The notes below the pieces were generated by a model that saw only the letters and a list, made by a program, of their open reading frames with translations, did no database searches and had not been told where the DNA came from. Shown in pieces: positions 9,631-20,201 of a stretch of DNA of 64,000 nucleotides; the first letter of the stretch is position 1, and the number at the start of each line of letters is the position of its first letter. The stretch spans positions 20,882-84,881 of the forward strand of contig JAGXIL010000034.1 in assembly GCA_024635655.1 (NCBI GenBank), given 5' to 3'. A program made the translations under genes and the position numbers. The DNA comes from Gillisia sp. Lineage in GTDB: Bacteria > Bacteroidota > Bacteroidia > Flavobacteriales > Flavobacteriaceae.

Positions 9631-10728
9631 ATGAGTAAACAAGCATTATTACAATCCTTTGATCTAAACGGACTTCAACTTCCAAATCGTGTGGTCATGG
9701 CGCCAATGACCAGAAGCCGGGCCAATAATCCTGAAAATATGCCTACAGCAGAACTTCAGGGAAAATATTATGCACAACGTGCAGGTGCAGGCTTGATAAT
9801 TACAGAAGGCGCACAGGTTTCACCCCATGCGGTAGGTTATATAAACACCCCCGGAATCTATACGCAGGAACAGGTGAAGGGCTGGAAAGAGGTTACTAAA
9901 GAAGTACACGATGCCGGCGGAAGAATATTTATACAGTTATGGCACGTAGGAAGGATCTCTCACCCCGATTTTCACAACGGGGAGCTACCATTGGCACCCT
10001 CAGCCATTAACCCGGAAGTTCAATCTTTTACCCCTGATGGATTAAAGGATACGGTTACACCTAAGGCGATGAGCGTTGAAGAAATAAAACAAACCATTCA
10101 GGATTTTAAAACTTCGGCAAAAAATGCCATGGATGCAAGCTTTGATGGAGTAGAAATACACTCATCAAATGGATATCTATTTCACCAGTTCTTTAGTGCT
10201 ACTTCCAATCATCGTAGTGATGCATACGGAGGTACCAAAGAGAAGCGGGCAAAAATTTTGTTTGAGGTCATAGAAGCCATGAAGGAAGTAATGCCGGAGA
10301 ACAAGATTGGTATGCGCTTGAACCCTTCATTGCATGGGATCTTTGGTATGACCATGGATGAGGAAACTATTCCAACCTTTGATTACATTATCGGGAAACT
10401 AAATGATTACGATCTGGCATACCTACATTTATCTGAACCTTTTTCAGATGTAAGTGATATTCCATATGCAGAAACAGAAATAGCCAAAAGGTACAGGCCA
10501 ATTTACAATGGAAACATAATCATAAACGGAGGTTTTGATCAGGAAAAAGGGAATAAGGTAATTGAAGAAGGCGATGCAGATATGGTGGCCTATGGAAAAC
10601 CTTATGTTTCCAATCCCGATCTTGTAAAGAGGTTTGAGCAAAATGTTTCTTTAACCGATTGGGATAAGGATACTTTTTATACCCCCGGAAAAAAAGGCTT
10701 TCTTGATTACGAAAAGAAAACAGCCTAA
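9631..10728 (+). CDS. Old yellow enzyme / alkene reductase (NemA-like)
   Basis: NRVVMAPMTRSRA, QLWHVGRISH, FDGVEIHSSNGYL, NPDLV. Confidence 0.92.
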   Translation: MSKQALLQSFDLNGLQLPNRVVMAPMTRSRANNPENMPTAELQGKYYAQRAGAGLIITEGAQVSPHAVGYINTPGIYTQEQVKGWKEVTKEVHDAGGRIFIQLWHVGRISHPDFHNGELPLAPSAINPEVQSFTPDGLKDTVTPKAMSVEEIKQTIQDFKTSAKNAMDASFDGVEIHSSNGYLFHQFFSATSNHRSDAYGGTKEKRAKILFEVIEAMKEVMPENKIGMRLNPSLHGIFGMTMDEETIPTFDYIIGKLNDYDLAYLHLSEPFSDVSDIPYAETEIAKRYRPIYNGNIIINGGFDQEKGNKVIEEGDADMVAYGKPYVSNPDLVKRFEQNVSLTDWDKDTFYTPGKKGFLDYEKKTA

Positions 10729-10750
10729 TAAGAAAGAAATATATATGTGG

Positions 10751-10782
10751 AAAGGGAAGATATCGCGGGATATCTTCCCTTT
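10751..10782 (+). terminator. Intrinsic terminator
   Basis: Perfect 14-bp stem AAAGGGAAGATATC-GCGG-GATATCTTCCCTTT after the OYE stop. Confidence 0.75.
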
Positions 10783-10967
10783 AAATTTGGCTTTGATGTT
10801 AATTATATCCTGCCCGAAATTAAATTCGAAGAATTCCCTGAAGTTTTCCCCTTATCATCTTGTATAAAAAAGGAACTGAATGAAATAAATATCCGGTTAA
10901 ATTTCTCATTATCAAATCAATATGGATTGAAAAATTTCTTAATTTAGATTTACTAATTTATATATCC

Positions 10968-11483
10968 ATGGCTTTAAATTTCCATTATTTGAACGCACAA
11001 CTACAGGAAATGGCATCATACTTTCCTTATCTGGACGCTTTAGATCCTAAAGTTTCAAAAGTGCACGTGGGTTGGCATCTCGCCCATTGTTTAAAGGTTA
11101 TTAACCAGGTATGTGACGCATTAAAAAGCTCCAGTCCCGAGAACTTTCGTTCACAATTTAACCTCAAGCGCGAAATTGTTTTTGCTCTTGGCTCTTTTCC
11201 AAGAGGAAAAGCACAAGCTCCTAAAAAAGTAATACCGGAAGGGGAGATCAAGATAGAAGACCTAATTAATAACCTGGAGAGAGCAAAAAAGAATATTTCA
11301 GAGTATGATTCTCTGAAAAACAATAATTTTTTTGAACATCCTTATTTTAATCAGCTCAACAAAATTCAGGCAAAAAGATTACTTGAAGTTCATACAAAAC
11401 ATCACCTGAAGATTATTAGGGAAATTTTGAAGAAGGAATCTGTTTCACGGAAAAAAAAATTGATAAAGGCGCGGCTGCAATAA
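10968..11483 (+). CDS. DinB/DUF1569-like four-helix protein
   Basis: VGWHLAH, HPYF, HTKHH metal-binding His pattern. Confidence 0.75.
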   Translation: MALNFHYLNAQLQEMASYFPYLDALDPKVSKVHVGWHLAHCLKVINQVCDALKSSSPENFRSQFNLKREIVFALGSFPRGKAQAPKKVIPEGEIKIEDLINNLERAKKNISEYDSLKNNNFFEHPYFNQLNKIQAKRLLEVHTKHHLKIIREILKKESVSRKKKLIKARLQ

Positions 11484-11589
11484 AAAATCAAGTCTTCTTT
11501 TTCTTTTTACTTCCCGAACAAGGTCTTAACTATTGTCTAAAATAGAATTCCTGTTAAATCCTGTACTTTTGAGTAGTAAATGAGATGGA

Positions 11590-12870
11590 ATGGAAAGAAA
11601 GGATTATAAAATAAATATTGTTGGGGCGGGCTTAAGCGGCCTTGTGGCTGCCAGGGTACTTGAGGACCATGGATATGCCCCTGTAATATTTGAAGCCTCA
11701 GACAGGGTAGGAGGGCGTGTTAAAACAGACCTGGTAGAAGGTTACCAGTTAGACCACGGATTCCAGGTACTCTTAAATGCTTATCCAAAAGCAAACCAAT
11801 ATCTTAATTATGAAGCTCTCGAACTCCAGGAATTGATACCGGGAGCAGTGATCTTTTCTGAAGGAAAAACCAAAACCCTGGGAGATCCACTCCGGGATAT
11901 ATCTATGTTGTTCCCCACAATATCTTCTGGAATAGGAAATGTGGCAGATAAAATTAAAATCCTGCAACTCAACGGGGAACTCAAAAAAAAATCTCTGCAG
12001 GAAATTTTTGAATTTAAAGAGACTACTACCATAAAGTATCTTGAGGAAAGAAAATTTAGTAAAGATATCATCAACAAATTTTTCAGGCCATTCTTTAGTG
12101 GAATATTTCTAGAGGAAAACCTGAATACATCAAGCCGGATGTTTGAATTCATTTATAAGATGTTCGGGGAAGGATTAGCTGTAATTCCCAAAAAAGGAAT
12201 GGGAGAGATATCCAGGCAATTAGCAGGTAATTTAAAAGCCACCACGATACGTTTGAATACCGCCGTGAAAAAGGTAGAGCAGGGAAAGTTTACCTTAGTA
12301 ACCGGGGAAGAAATAATATCTCATTTTACAATTATTGCTTCTGAAGCAACCCCTCTTGTCTCTAATCTTAAAGGGCAGGAAATTCCATGGAAAGCCTGCC
12401 ACAATCTTTATTTTGAAGTAGATGAACGCAGCATAGAAAAACCGCTTATTGGTTTGATCTCAGATTCTGATGCTCTTATCAATAATATCTTTTTTTACAA
12501 CAGTATAAAAACTGAAACCAAGGGAGCCAAACAATTACTGTCCGTTACTGTAGTAAAGGAGACCAGGCTTTCTGGAAAGGCATTACAGGAAAGGGTGGAA
12601 GAGGACCTGTTACAATTTTGCGGAATAGGGGAAGCCCGGTTTTTAAAGCAATATACTATTCGGAAAGCCCTTCCGGATCTTAAAAATGTACATTATGAGC
12701 TTGACCCTACAGAAACCCAATTGAGCGGTAATATCTTTCTGGCCGGGGACCAACTTTTGAACGGTTCGCAAAATGCCGCCATGTTATCCGGGGAACGAGC
12801 GGCTTTAGGTGTAATTAAAACCCTGGAAGGAGGAACTATAACAGGGGAACTTACCAGTGAATACAGATAG
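11590..12870 (+). CDS. FAD-dependent oxidoreductase (amine oxidase/protoporphyrinogen oxidase-like)
   Basis: IVGAGLSGL, EASDRVGGRV, LDHGFQVL, LAGD...AMLSGERAA; TACTTTTG -7 box at 11564. Confidence 0.88.
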   Translation: MERKDYKINIVGAGLSGLVAARVLEDHGYAPVIFEASDRVGGRVKTDLVEGYQLDHGFQVLLNAYPKANQYLNYEALELQELIPGAVIFSEGKTKTLGDPLRDISMLFPTISSGIGNVADKIKILQLNGELKKKSLQEIFEFKETTTIKYLEERKFSKDIINKFFRPFFSGIFLEENLNTSSRMFEFIYKMFGEGLAVIPKKGMGEISRQLAGNLKATTIRLNTAVKKVEQGKFTLVTGEEIISHFTIIASEATPLVSNLKGQEIPWKACHNLYFEVDERSIEKPLIGLISDSDALINNIFFYNSIKTETKGAKQLLSVTVVKETRLSGKALQERVEEDLLQFCGIGEARFLKQYTIRKALPDLKNVHYELDPTETQLSGNIFLAGDQLLNGSQNAAMLSGERAALGVIKTLEGGTITGELTSEYR

Positions 12871-12942
12871 GATTGATCCTGCCGGACTGGTGGGAAAAAC
12901 TACTAACAGAATTCACTTTGGGAAATTTGGCTGAAGCGCGTC

Positions 12943-15204
12943 TTATTTTAGGTGTTTAGCAAAGAATCCCATCATAGCTTTATAAAGAGCTATAGAATTT
13001 TCTTCTTTTGAAAATCCATGGCCTTCATTATACTTTACCATATAAGGGACGTCTACTCCCTTTTTTCTTAAAGAGGCAACTATTTGATCAGACTCATCAA
13101 TATTTACCCTGGGATCGTTGGCTCCTTGCACCACAAATAAAGACTTTTTTATTTTGTAAATATGAAAAACAGGGGATACCTCTTCCATGATATTCCTTTC
13201 TTCAGGAATATCTTCATCATACCAGATCTCCTTTAGAATTTTTGCATAGGGTTTCCAATAGGGAGGAATAGTTTGCATAAAAGTAAAGAGGTTTGAAACC
13301 CCAACATAATCCACGCCACAGGAATATAGATTTGGAGTTTTAGTTAGACCGCGTAAAACAGCATACCCTCCGTGGCTTCCTCCGTAAATAGCGACTTTAT
13401 TTTCATCTGCCCAACCTTTTTCAATAACGTAATGCAAGCCATCTTCAACATCATCCATAGCTTTTCTTCCAATTTGTTTAAATCCCGACTCCAAAAATTC
13501 TTTCCCATACCCGCCGGAAATTCTGAAATTCACCTGTAAGGTTGCATAACCTCTACTGGCAAAGAGTTGTGTTTCAGGATTGAAGCCCCATGAATTTCTT
13601 ATTCCCTGCGGACCTCCATGGGGATTAACAATTACCGGTACTTTTTTGCCTTTCAGGGCAGCCTTTGGAAGGCTTATGTACCCGTGTAATGTTTTTCCAT
13701 CACGGCTTTTAAAAGAAACAGGTCTCATCTCAGACATATCTTCTTCCTTGAGCTGAGGCATTAAAACATAAACTAGTTGAAATGTTCCCCGTTCCGGATC
13801 ATAAGAATAGTATTCTCCATAAAGTTTGTCGCTTTGGGTTAGGATGAGGTATTTGCTTTCATCATCTGTCCTGTCGGTTATATAATAATTCTTCCCCGGA
13901 AATCTTTTCGTGATCTGATCATGAATTTTTTGAAAATGCGCACTTACCGGAACGATCTCCTGTTTCTCTCCTTCAAAAGAATAATAGTCCAATTCATAAT
14001 TTCTTTTTCTGGACAGGGATACGCCTGAAATATCATAGTTCTTATTGATAAAAAGCTTTTTAATGATCTTATCTTCTTTAAGGTCATAGAGGTAAATTTC
14101 GGTTTTGTCGCTCTCCAGGTTAGAAATGACATAAGCCTCGTGAGGATTATCAGAAGCGTAGGAGAAGCGTGGCACAAAGGTATCTTTCCAGCTGGTTTGT
14201 TTAAAAAGTTCGTAGTTCTCTCCGTCTAGTGTATAATACATGTCCATATTGATCCCGTCCCTTAACCTGGAGAAACCTCTGAGTTTACCATCTTTATCAA
14301 AAATGTAACTCATTATAGGATTTGTTACATCTTCATTTTTATACAACTGTTCCAGGTCCCCGTTATTTACATTGATCTTATATGGTTCAAAGACTTGCCG
14401 GTTGTTTTTATTCATGGATATGATAAGATGATCTTTATCTTCTTTGAGCTGGTTGAGAATATTTACCTGCACTCCCTCATAGGGCGTCAAATCTTTTTTA
14501 TTGGTTCCATCAATATCTGCAGCAAAAAGATTATAATTTTCGTTTCCGCCAATATCCATTACATAGATCAATCGGGAATTGTTTGCCCAGGCATATCCTC
14601 TTATAAGCTCCTCCTTTTCTTCTACCGCCATTTTCACCTCTTCGGTTTCCAGATTCTTTACATACAAATGGTTTTTGGCATTTTTATCTTTCTCCCGGTA
14701 TGAAAGGTATTTACCATCAGGAGAAAATTTAAAGGCACTCGCCATAGGTTTTGCGAAGTAATCTTCCACCTGGTATTTATATACACCCGAATCATAGTTG
14801 GCTAAGTTTTCTAATTCTTCTTCTGAAGAGGGTAGGGAAGGGTCTCCCGGTAATTTTTTATCCTTTTTGTTGAGTATCAAAGGAAGCTTATGGCCCGATT
14901 GAGATAAAGTCCCGGTAATTGTTTCTCCTTCTATTCTCCCTTTAAAACCTCCTCCAATCTGGGCGTAAGTAAAGGTGAGCGTATTTTCCTTAAGCACCAC
15001 ATCGTCCATTGTCAACCCAAATGTTTCCTGAAGAGGACTATCCATTGTGACAGTATATGAATTCTGATTTTTTGTAATTTTAAACGTCAACGGAAGTTCT
15101 GTTTCCTGAACGTTTAATTTTCCTTCCCATGAGCCTTCTATTTCCTGTTGATCTTTATCAGAAATACTGCTAAACAATACAATCATATTTAAAACTTTTT
15201 TCAA
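12943..15204 (-). CDS. S9 (prolyl oligopeptidase family) peptidase with extra N-terminal beta domain
   Basis: HGGP, GGSHGG nucleophile, QGANDPRV, NEGHGF triad. Start uncertain (TTG 15204 or ATG 15186). Confidence 0.88.
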   Translation of the reverse strand: MKKVLNMIVLFSSISDKDQQEIEGSWEGKLNVQETELPLTFKITKNQNSYTVTMDSPLQETFGLTMDDVVLKENTLTFTYAQIGGGFKGRIEGETITGTLSQSGHKLPLILNKKDKKLPGDPSLPSSEEELENLANYDSGVYKYQVEDYFAKPMASAFKFSPDGKYLSYREKDKNAKNHLYVKNLETEEVKMAVEEKEELIRGYAWANNSRLIYVMDIGGNENYNLFAADIDGTNKKDLTPYEGVQVNILNQLKEDKDHLIISMNKNNRQVFEPYKINVNNGDLEQLYKNEDVTNPIMSYIFDKDGKLRGFSRLRDGINMDMYYTLDGENYELFKQTSWKDTFVPRFSYASDNPHEAYVISNLESDKTEIYLYDLKEDKIIKKLFINKNYDISGVSLSRKRNYELDYYSFEGEKQEIVPVSAHFQKIHDQITKRFPGKNYYITDRTDDESKYLILTQSDKLYGEYYSYDPERGTFQLVYVLMPQLKEEDMSEMRPVSFKSRDGKTLHGYISLPKAALKGKKVPVIVNPHGGPQGIRNSWGFNPETQLFASRGYATLQVNFRISGGYGKEFLESGFKQIGRKAMDDVEDGLHYVIEKGWADENKVAIYGGSHGGYAVLRGLTKTPNLYSCGVDYVGVSNLFTFMQTIPPYWKPYAKILKEIWYDEDIPEERNIMEEVSPVFHIYKIKKSLFVVQGANDPRVNIDESDQIVASLRKKGVDVPYMVKYNEGHGFSKEENSIALYKAMMGFFAKHLK

Positions 15205-15437
15205 ATTTTTTCCTTCCCAATCTATTGATTTTATACCAAGCCGGGACAAGCTTTAAATTTATTATTTTCTCGCAGATTCACCGGCATCTTTAGGATTATA
15301 TTAATTTGGTCAGCTCATTGTTATTTTTAGAATCTTTTGGAACTAGATCTTTTCTGCATAATAAAATTTTCAAAAAAAAATTAATATGCATTAAGCTGAT
15401 ACATCTGAACAGGAAATTGTCTTTTTTAACTGTGGTG

Positions 15438-16664
15438 TTACATCTTCCAATCCAGCCGTAGAGAATTATCTGCTTCTCTTCGTACACTGGTCCCTATTTT
15501 TTTACTTTCGCGATCAAGCACTTGTTCCAACCATACCGCATCATTGGCTTTAGCTTTGTGAAGTTTAAAATTTTTTATTTCCATGGGAATCATTTTTAGC
15601 GAAAGGAGATCTCCGGTACCAGGGTCCAATTCGGGAAAGTACATCAGGGTCAATTCTCCCCGAAAATCCTCATGGCCGCTAATACCTTCATAGTCATTTA
15701 TGAAATCCCCTGCACCATAGATAATAAGTTTCTCGTTATAAACCTCGATACCCATGGGATGATGTGAAGAATGTCCAAAAACTAAATCTACCCCGGCCAT
15801 ATCTATAAGCTGATGAGCAAATTTCTGTTTATCTTCTGAAATTTGATACCCCCAGTTTCCTCCCCAATGAACAGAAAAAATAACGATATCCTGCTGTTGT
15901 TTGACCTGGTCGACATTAATTTTTATTTTTTCCAATGTTTTTTTACTTAGATCGGGGAGATAGTTAACACCGGAAACTCCCGTTTCTGCTGCCCATTCCC
16001 GGGGTATGCCGCTACCAGGGCTGCCATATGAAAATATAAGAACTCTCCCATTATCAATGTCCAAAACAGAAGGTTTTTTAGCTTCCTGTTCATTTTTACC
16101 GGCGCCGGAATAGGCAATGTCAGCATTATCCAGCGTATTTATGGTTTCCAAAAGCCCTTGCCGACCCCAATCAAGAGTGTGATTATTGGCTAGGCTGCAA
16201 TGATCTATTCCTGCCGCACTAAGGGCTTTGACATTTTCCGGATGCATTCGGTAATGGATCCCCTTTCCCGGCCATGGATCAGCATTGGTGGTAATACTCG
16301 TTTCTAAATTGATAATTTTAAATTGCGGAGAATTTTCTTCCCAAATCTTTATGGCATCTCCCCAAATATATTTATAAGAGACAGGATCCTTAATTGGGCC
16401 ATTTTCCTGTTCTGCCAGCAGAAGATAATCACGCGCATCTTTGACATAAGATTCATAGAGAATAGGATCTACATTTTCCTGCAGCGCCTGGTCTATACCT
16501 CTTCCTGTCATCACGTCCCCGCAAAGGAACAGCTTCACCCTTGAGGAAGAAATTGTATCCTGATAAGACATTTTTTCTTGCTTTTCCTGTTTGTTTTGCG
16601 ATGTACAAATAGGAATAACCCCTAAAAGTGAAATTATTGACAGTATAATTAATTTCCTCATCAT
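15438..16664 (-). CDS. CapA/PgsA-family metallophosphatase-fold protein
   Basis: Signal peptide, CGDVMTGRG, INLET, LANNHTLDWG, SVHWG, GHSSHH, YGAGDF. Confidence 0.88.
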   Translation of the reverse strand: MMRKLIILSIISLLGVIPICTSQNKQEKQEKMSYQDTISSSRVKLFLCGDVMTGRGIDQALQENVDPILYESYVKDARDYLLLAEQENGPIKDPVSYKYIWGDAIKIWEENSPQFKIINLETSITTNADPWPGKGIHYRMHPENVKALSAAGIDHCSLANNHTLDWGRQGLLETINTLDNADIAYSGAGKNEQEAKKPSVLDIDNGRVLIFSYGSPGSGIPREWAAETGVSGVNYLPDLSKKTLEKIKINVDQVKQQQDIVIFSVHWGGNWGYQISEDKQKFAHQLIDMAGVDLVFGHSSHHPMGIEVYNEKLIIYGAGDFINDYEGISGHEDFRGELTLMYFPELDPGTGDLLSLKMIPMEIKNFKLHKAKANDAVWLEQVLDRESKKIGTSVRREADNSLRLDWKM

Positions 16665-16811
16665 CTTTTACTATGGTATATATAAGTTAAGAAGTTTTTC
16701 CAAATTAATTTTCCCTGCATTTTTAGTTTTTCCAATTAATTCATTCCCGTTTAATGAGGTGACAGAGATTTTACTTACTTTTAAAATCATTATTTCCTCA
16801 AATCCTTTCAT

Positions 16812-18698
16812 ATGCGCGCAAAATCCTTTGTTTTAGTAATTGCATTTTTATTTTCATTTTTTACCATACCTGTAATACAGGCTCAGGACGATGTTTTTCA
16901 GGAACTGGAAGAGATCGCAGTAGTTGAGGAAAAAGTGATGATGCCCATGCGGGATGGGATCAGATTGGCAACAGATATTTATCGGCCAAAAACCGATCAA
17001 AAGGTTCCAGTAATATTTTCACGGACTCCTTACAATTTTAATACCTGGCAGGATGGAGAAAAAAAGACGAGAACAGCAGAGCAGGCCCTTGAGGCAGTAA
17101 AAAGAGGATATGCATTTGTGGTGCAGAATGAAAGAGGCCGTTATTTTTCGGAAGGAGAATGGGATATCCTGGGTACACCTTTAACAGATGGGTATGATGC
17201 CTTTACCTGGATGAAGGATCAGGCCTGGTCTAACGGAAAGATTGGAACCATAGGATGCTCTTCAACTGCAGAATGGCAAATGGCTGTTGCCGCATTAGAC
17301 CATCCTTCACATGCCGCTATGGTGCCGCAGGCTTATGGAGCAGGAGTAGGTACTGTTGGTGACTTTCAGGAACAGGGAAACTGGTATAGGGGAGGGGTAG
17401 AGCAGCTGTTGTTCTTCTCCTGGTTATACGGGGTGGAACATGATAAATTTAAACCCAGAATACCTGAAGGTGCTACTCAAGAAGATCTTATAAGGATCTC
17501 CAGATTTTACGACCTGAGTCCTGAAAATCCACCGGTTGATATGGCCGAAGCTCTAAAACATCTCCCAATACAGGATATGCTGAAAAATATGAATGGAAAA
17601 AAGGAGATTTTTAAGAAGATGGTACGGCGCAAACCCAACGACACAGCTTGGTTTCAAGGTGGTTTGTATCACGATACCATGGATTTTGGAGTGCCAAGTT
17701 TCTGGTTTGCTTCCTGGTATGACGTTTCAGTAAGTCCTAATATTGCTCTATTTAACCATGTGAGAGAAAATGCTGAAGATCCCGAAATAAGAGAGAATCA
17801 ATATCTGGTAATAGCCCCAACTTTACATTGTGGATTTACCAGAGCTACAGAAAATACTATTGTAGGGGACCGCAGTGTAGGTGATGCAAGGCTCAATTAC
17901 GAGGAACAAATTTACTCATGGTTTGACCTTTGGCTCAAGGATGAGAAAAACGATTTTAAAGAAAAAACACCCCGGGTACAATATTACACTATGGGAATCA
18001 ATAAATGGCAGGCAGCTGAGTCATGGCCTCCAAAGGATGCCAAAATGGTATCTTACTACCTAAGCAGTGAAGGAAATGCAAATAGCCCCGGCAACGGAAA
18101 ATTGACAACAAAAAAACCAAAGGCTAAAGGAACTTTTGACAGCTTCACTTACGACCCTATGGACCCTGTTCCCTCTTTGGGAGGAAATGTTTGTTGTACC
18201 GGAAATGCAGTCGAGGGTGGCGCCTTTGACCAACAGGAAATAGAAAATAGAGAGGATATTCTGGTTTATACCACTGAGCCGTTAAAAGAAGGCGTGGAAG
18301 TTTCCGGTTTTATCGAAACAACACTTTTTGTTTCTTCAGACGCTAAGGATACAGATTTCACTGTTAAGATCATCGATGTATACCCCGATGGCCGTGCCTA
18401 TAATCTTGATGAAACCATTCAGCGGGCAAGATACCGTGAGGGATATGACAAAGAAGTGTTTATGGAAGAAGGACAGGTGTATGAATTAGAACTTACTCCC
18501 ATGGCTACCAGCAATTATTTCGAAAAAGGACACAGTATCCGTATCGAGATCTCCAGCAGCAATTTCCCTCGTTTCGCCAGAAACCTGAATACAGGGGGCG
18601 ATAATTTTGACGAAAAGGAAGGTGTGATAGCAAATAACAGGATCCACCACACGCGGGAGCATTCGTCGGTTATCAATATTCCGATGATAAGGAACTAA
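16812..18698 (+). CDS. CocE/NonD family hydrolase (S15-like)
   Basis: Signal peptide, [45 protein letters not shown]. Confidence 0.9.
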   Translation: MRAKSFVLVIAFLFSFFTIPVIQAQDDVFQELEEIAVVEEKVMMPMRDGIRLATDIYRPKTDQKVPVIFSRTPYNFNTWQDGEKKTRTAEQALEAVKRGYAFVVQNERGRYFSEGEWDILGTPLTDGYDAFTWMKDQAWSNGKIGTIGCSSTAEWQMAVAALDHPSHAAMVPQAYGAGVGTVGDFQEQGNWYRGGVEQLLFFSWLYGVEHDKFKPRIPEGATQEDLIRISRFYDLSPENPPVDMAEALKHLPIQDMLKNMNGKKEIFKKMVRRKPNDTAWFQGGLYHDTMDFGVPSFWFASWYDVSVSPNIALFNHVRENAEDPEIRENQYLVIAPTLHCGFTRATENTIVGDRSVGDARLNYEEQIYSWFDLWLKDEKNDFKEKTPRVQYYTMGINKWQAAESWPPKDAKMVSYYLSSEGNANSPGNGKLTTKKPKAKGTFDSFTYDPMDPVPSLGGNVCCTGNAVEGGAFDQQEIENREDILVYTTEPLKEGVEVSGFIETTLFVSSDAKDTDFTVKIIDVYPDGRAYNLDETIQRARYREGYDKEVFMEEGQVYELELTPMATSNYFEKGHSIRIEISSSNFPRFARNLNTGGDNFDEKEGVIANNRIHHTREHSSVINIPMIRN

Positions 18699-18727
18699 GA
18701 AAGGGCTTAAGATTTCAATAAAAATTA

Positions 18728-18766
18728 AACCCGCACCATCCCAATTTAATAGGGGTGCTGCGGGTT
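18728..18766 (+). terminator. Probable terminator hairpin
   Basis: AACCCGCA...TGCGGGTT imperfect stem after the CocE stop. Confidence 0.55.
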
Positions 18767-18915
18767 ATTCGTCAATTGCACAATATGATATTAGCTGAAA
18801 GTTACTTACTGATATAAAATTTCTCAGGAATTCTTCTAGAAAAAGCTGACATAAATAATTAGTCCTGAATCAAATAAAAACATGTAATTTCGCGCCTTAT
18901 TTAAAATAAGCATCA

Positions 18916-19371
18916 ATGAAGCGTGTAAATGAATACAAGAAACTTTTTAATGTTGAGAAAGAAATAGATCTCAAACAACTTAAAACCACATACAGAAATC
19001 TTGTAAAAGAGTGGCATCCTGATAAGTTCATGGAAGGTGATGAGCGGGCGGTAGAGGCAGAATTAAAAAGTAGGAAAATAATAGATGCCTATCATTTCTT
19101 AGTAAGTATAGCTCCTGAAACGAAAGCAGCAAATCTGGAGGATTATAAAAAGACTACTTCTGAAGCAGGGATAGCCGATTTTCATCATAAAGGCAATGTC
19201 CTGGAGATCACATTTACAGATGGGACTACATATGAATACTTTGGAGTTAACAAACCTCTGTTTGTAAAGCTTATAAATTCAGACAGGCAGTTTAGATTTG
19301 CCAAGAGAAATATTTTTACTTCTTTCTTATACAGGAAATCTAAAAAAGACCTTGACCTGCAAACAGCTTAG
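18916..19371 (+). CDS. J-domain (DnaJ) + KTSC domain protein
   Basis: YRNLVKEWHPDK (HPD motif) and C-terminal LEITFTDGTTYEYFGV KTSC pattern. Confidence 0.85.
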   Translation: MKRVNEYKKLFNVEKEIDLKQLKTTYRNLVKEWHPDKFMEGDERAVEAELKSRKIIDAYHFLVSIAPETKAANLEDYKKTTSEAGIADFHHKGNVLEITFTDGTTYEYFGVNKPLFVKLINSDRQFRFAKRNIFTSFLYRKSKKDLDLQTA

Positions 19372-19413
19372 GAAAGGAAAAGGGGATAAGGGCCGGCGAA
19401 CCGTTAATAATTA

Positions 19414-19450
19414 AAAAGGGTTGAACTTTTATAAAAAGCTCAACCCTTTT
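19414..19450. terminator. Bidirectional terminator
   Basis: AAAAGGGTTGA...TCAACCCTTTT stem between convergent genes. Confidence 0.75.
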
Positions 19451-19482
19451 CTTAATTAACACATAAAATTATTTATGCCAAA

Positions 19483-19992
19483 CTAACTAGTTGTAGTTGT
19501 AGTGGCATCTTCGGTATTCTCCTGCATATTGTTACGAAGAGCTTCATGATCATCCATCATTTGGTCCATTTCGTCCCTGATAGAACTTTGATCATCCTGG
19601 ATACGGTCGTGAATACTAGACATCTCATCCAGTTTAGCTTTTCTCTCATCATCAGATAAAGCGTCGTAATTCTGATTTAATTCTTCGTGAGCCTGTAGCA
19701 TTTCTTCATGTCCTGCCATCATACCTTCATGTTTTTGAAGCATGATTTCGTGCTGAGCAAGATCTTCAACAACAGTTGAATCCTGGACTTCCATAGTGGC
19801 CATTTGCTGGTTGATCTGCTGGTGCTCTTGCATCAGAGTCTGGTGGTCAGATCGAAGTTGAGTGTGCATTTGCATAATGCTGTCTCTTTCTTCCATCAAA
19901 TCATTTCGCTGTTCTGTAAGATCGGCAGATCCGTTATTACAACTTGTAAAAGCAATTGCTACTAAAGCGAACATTAAAGTTAATTTTTTCAT
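19483..19992 (-). CDS. His/Met/Gln-rich helical lipoprotein
   Basis: Lipobox AFTSC, heptad His repeats; TAATTTTG -7 box at 20023-20030. Confidence 0.85.
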   Translation of the reverse strand: MKKLTLMFALVAIAFTSCNNGSADLTEQRNDLMEERDSIMQMHTQLRSDHQTLMQEHQQINQQMATMEVQDSTVVEDLAQHEIMLQKHEGMMAGHEEMLQAHEELNQNYDALSDDERKAKLDEMSSIHDRIQDDQSSIRDEMDQMMDDHEALRNNMQENTEDATTTTTS

Positions 19993-20201
19993 ATCGGTTT
20001 AAATTTTTTGGTATGTTTATCCCAAAATTATGGAAATAATAATGGTATGGCTTTAATTGTATGTTAAATTCTTAATAACATTTTTCCCTACCCTTTATAA
20101 TATTTGCATATACAAATTAAAAAAAGCTTAAGAAATCATTTTTAAATATTTAAATACAATATCTTATCTTTGCTTTAACTTATAAAATCTAGAAAGTACA
20201 T

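Noticed and set aside
10747-10947. 66-aa ORF
   Set aside because: Starts at a GTG immediately before the terminator hairpin and runs through it; no family features.
14830-14837. GGGTAGGG, a KOPS-like octamer oriented toward dif
   Set aside because: Single occurrence noticed, inside a CDS; the KOPS motif is not established for this lineage.
15296-15487. 63-aa ORF overlapping the CapA end
   Set aside because: Out-of-frame overlap, low-complexity AT-rich sequence, no motif.
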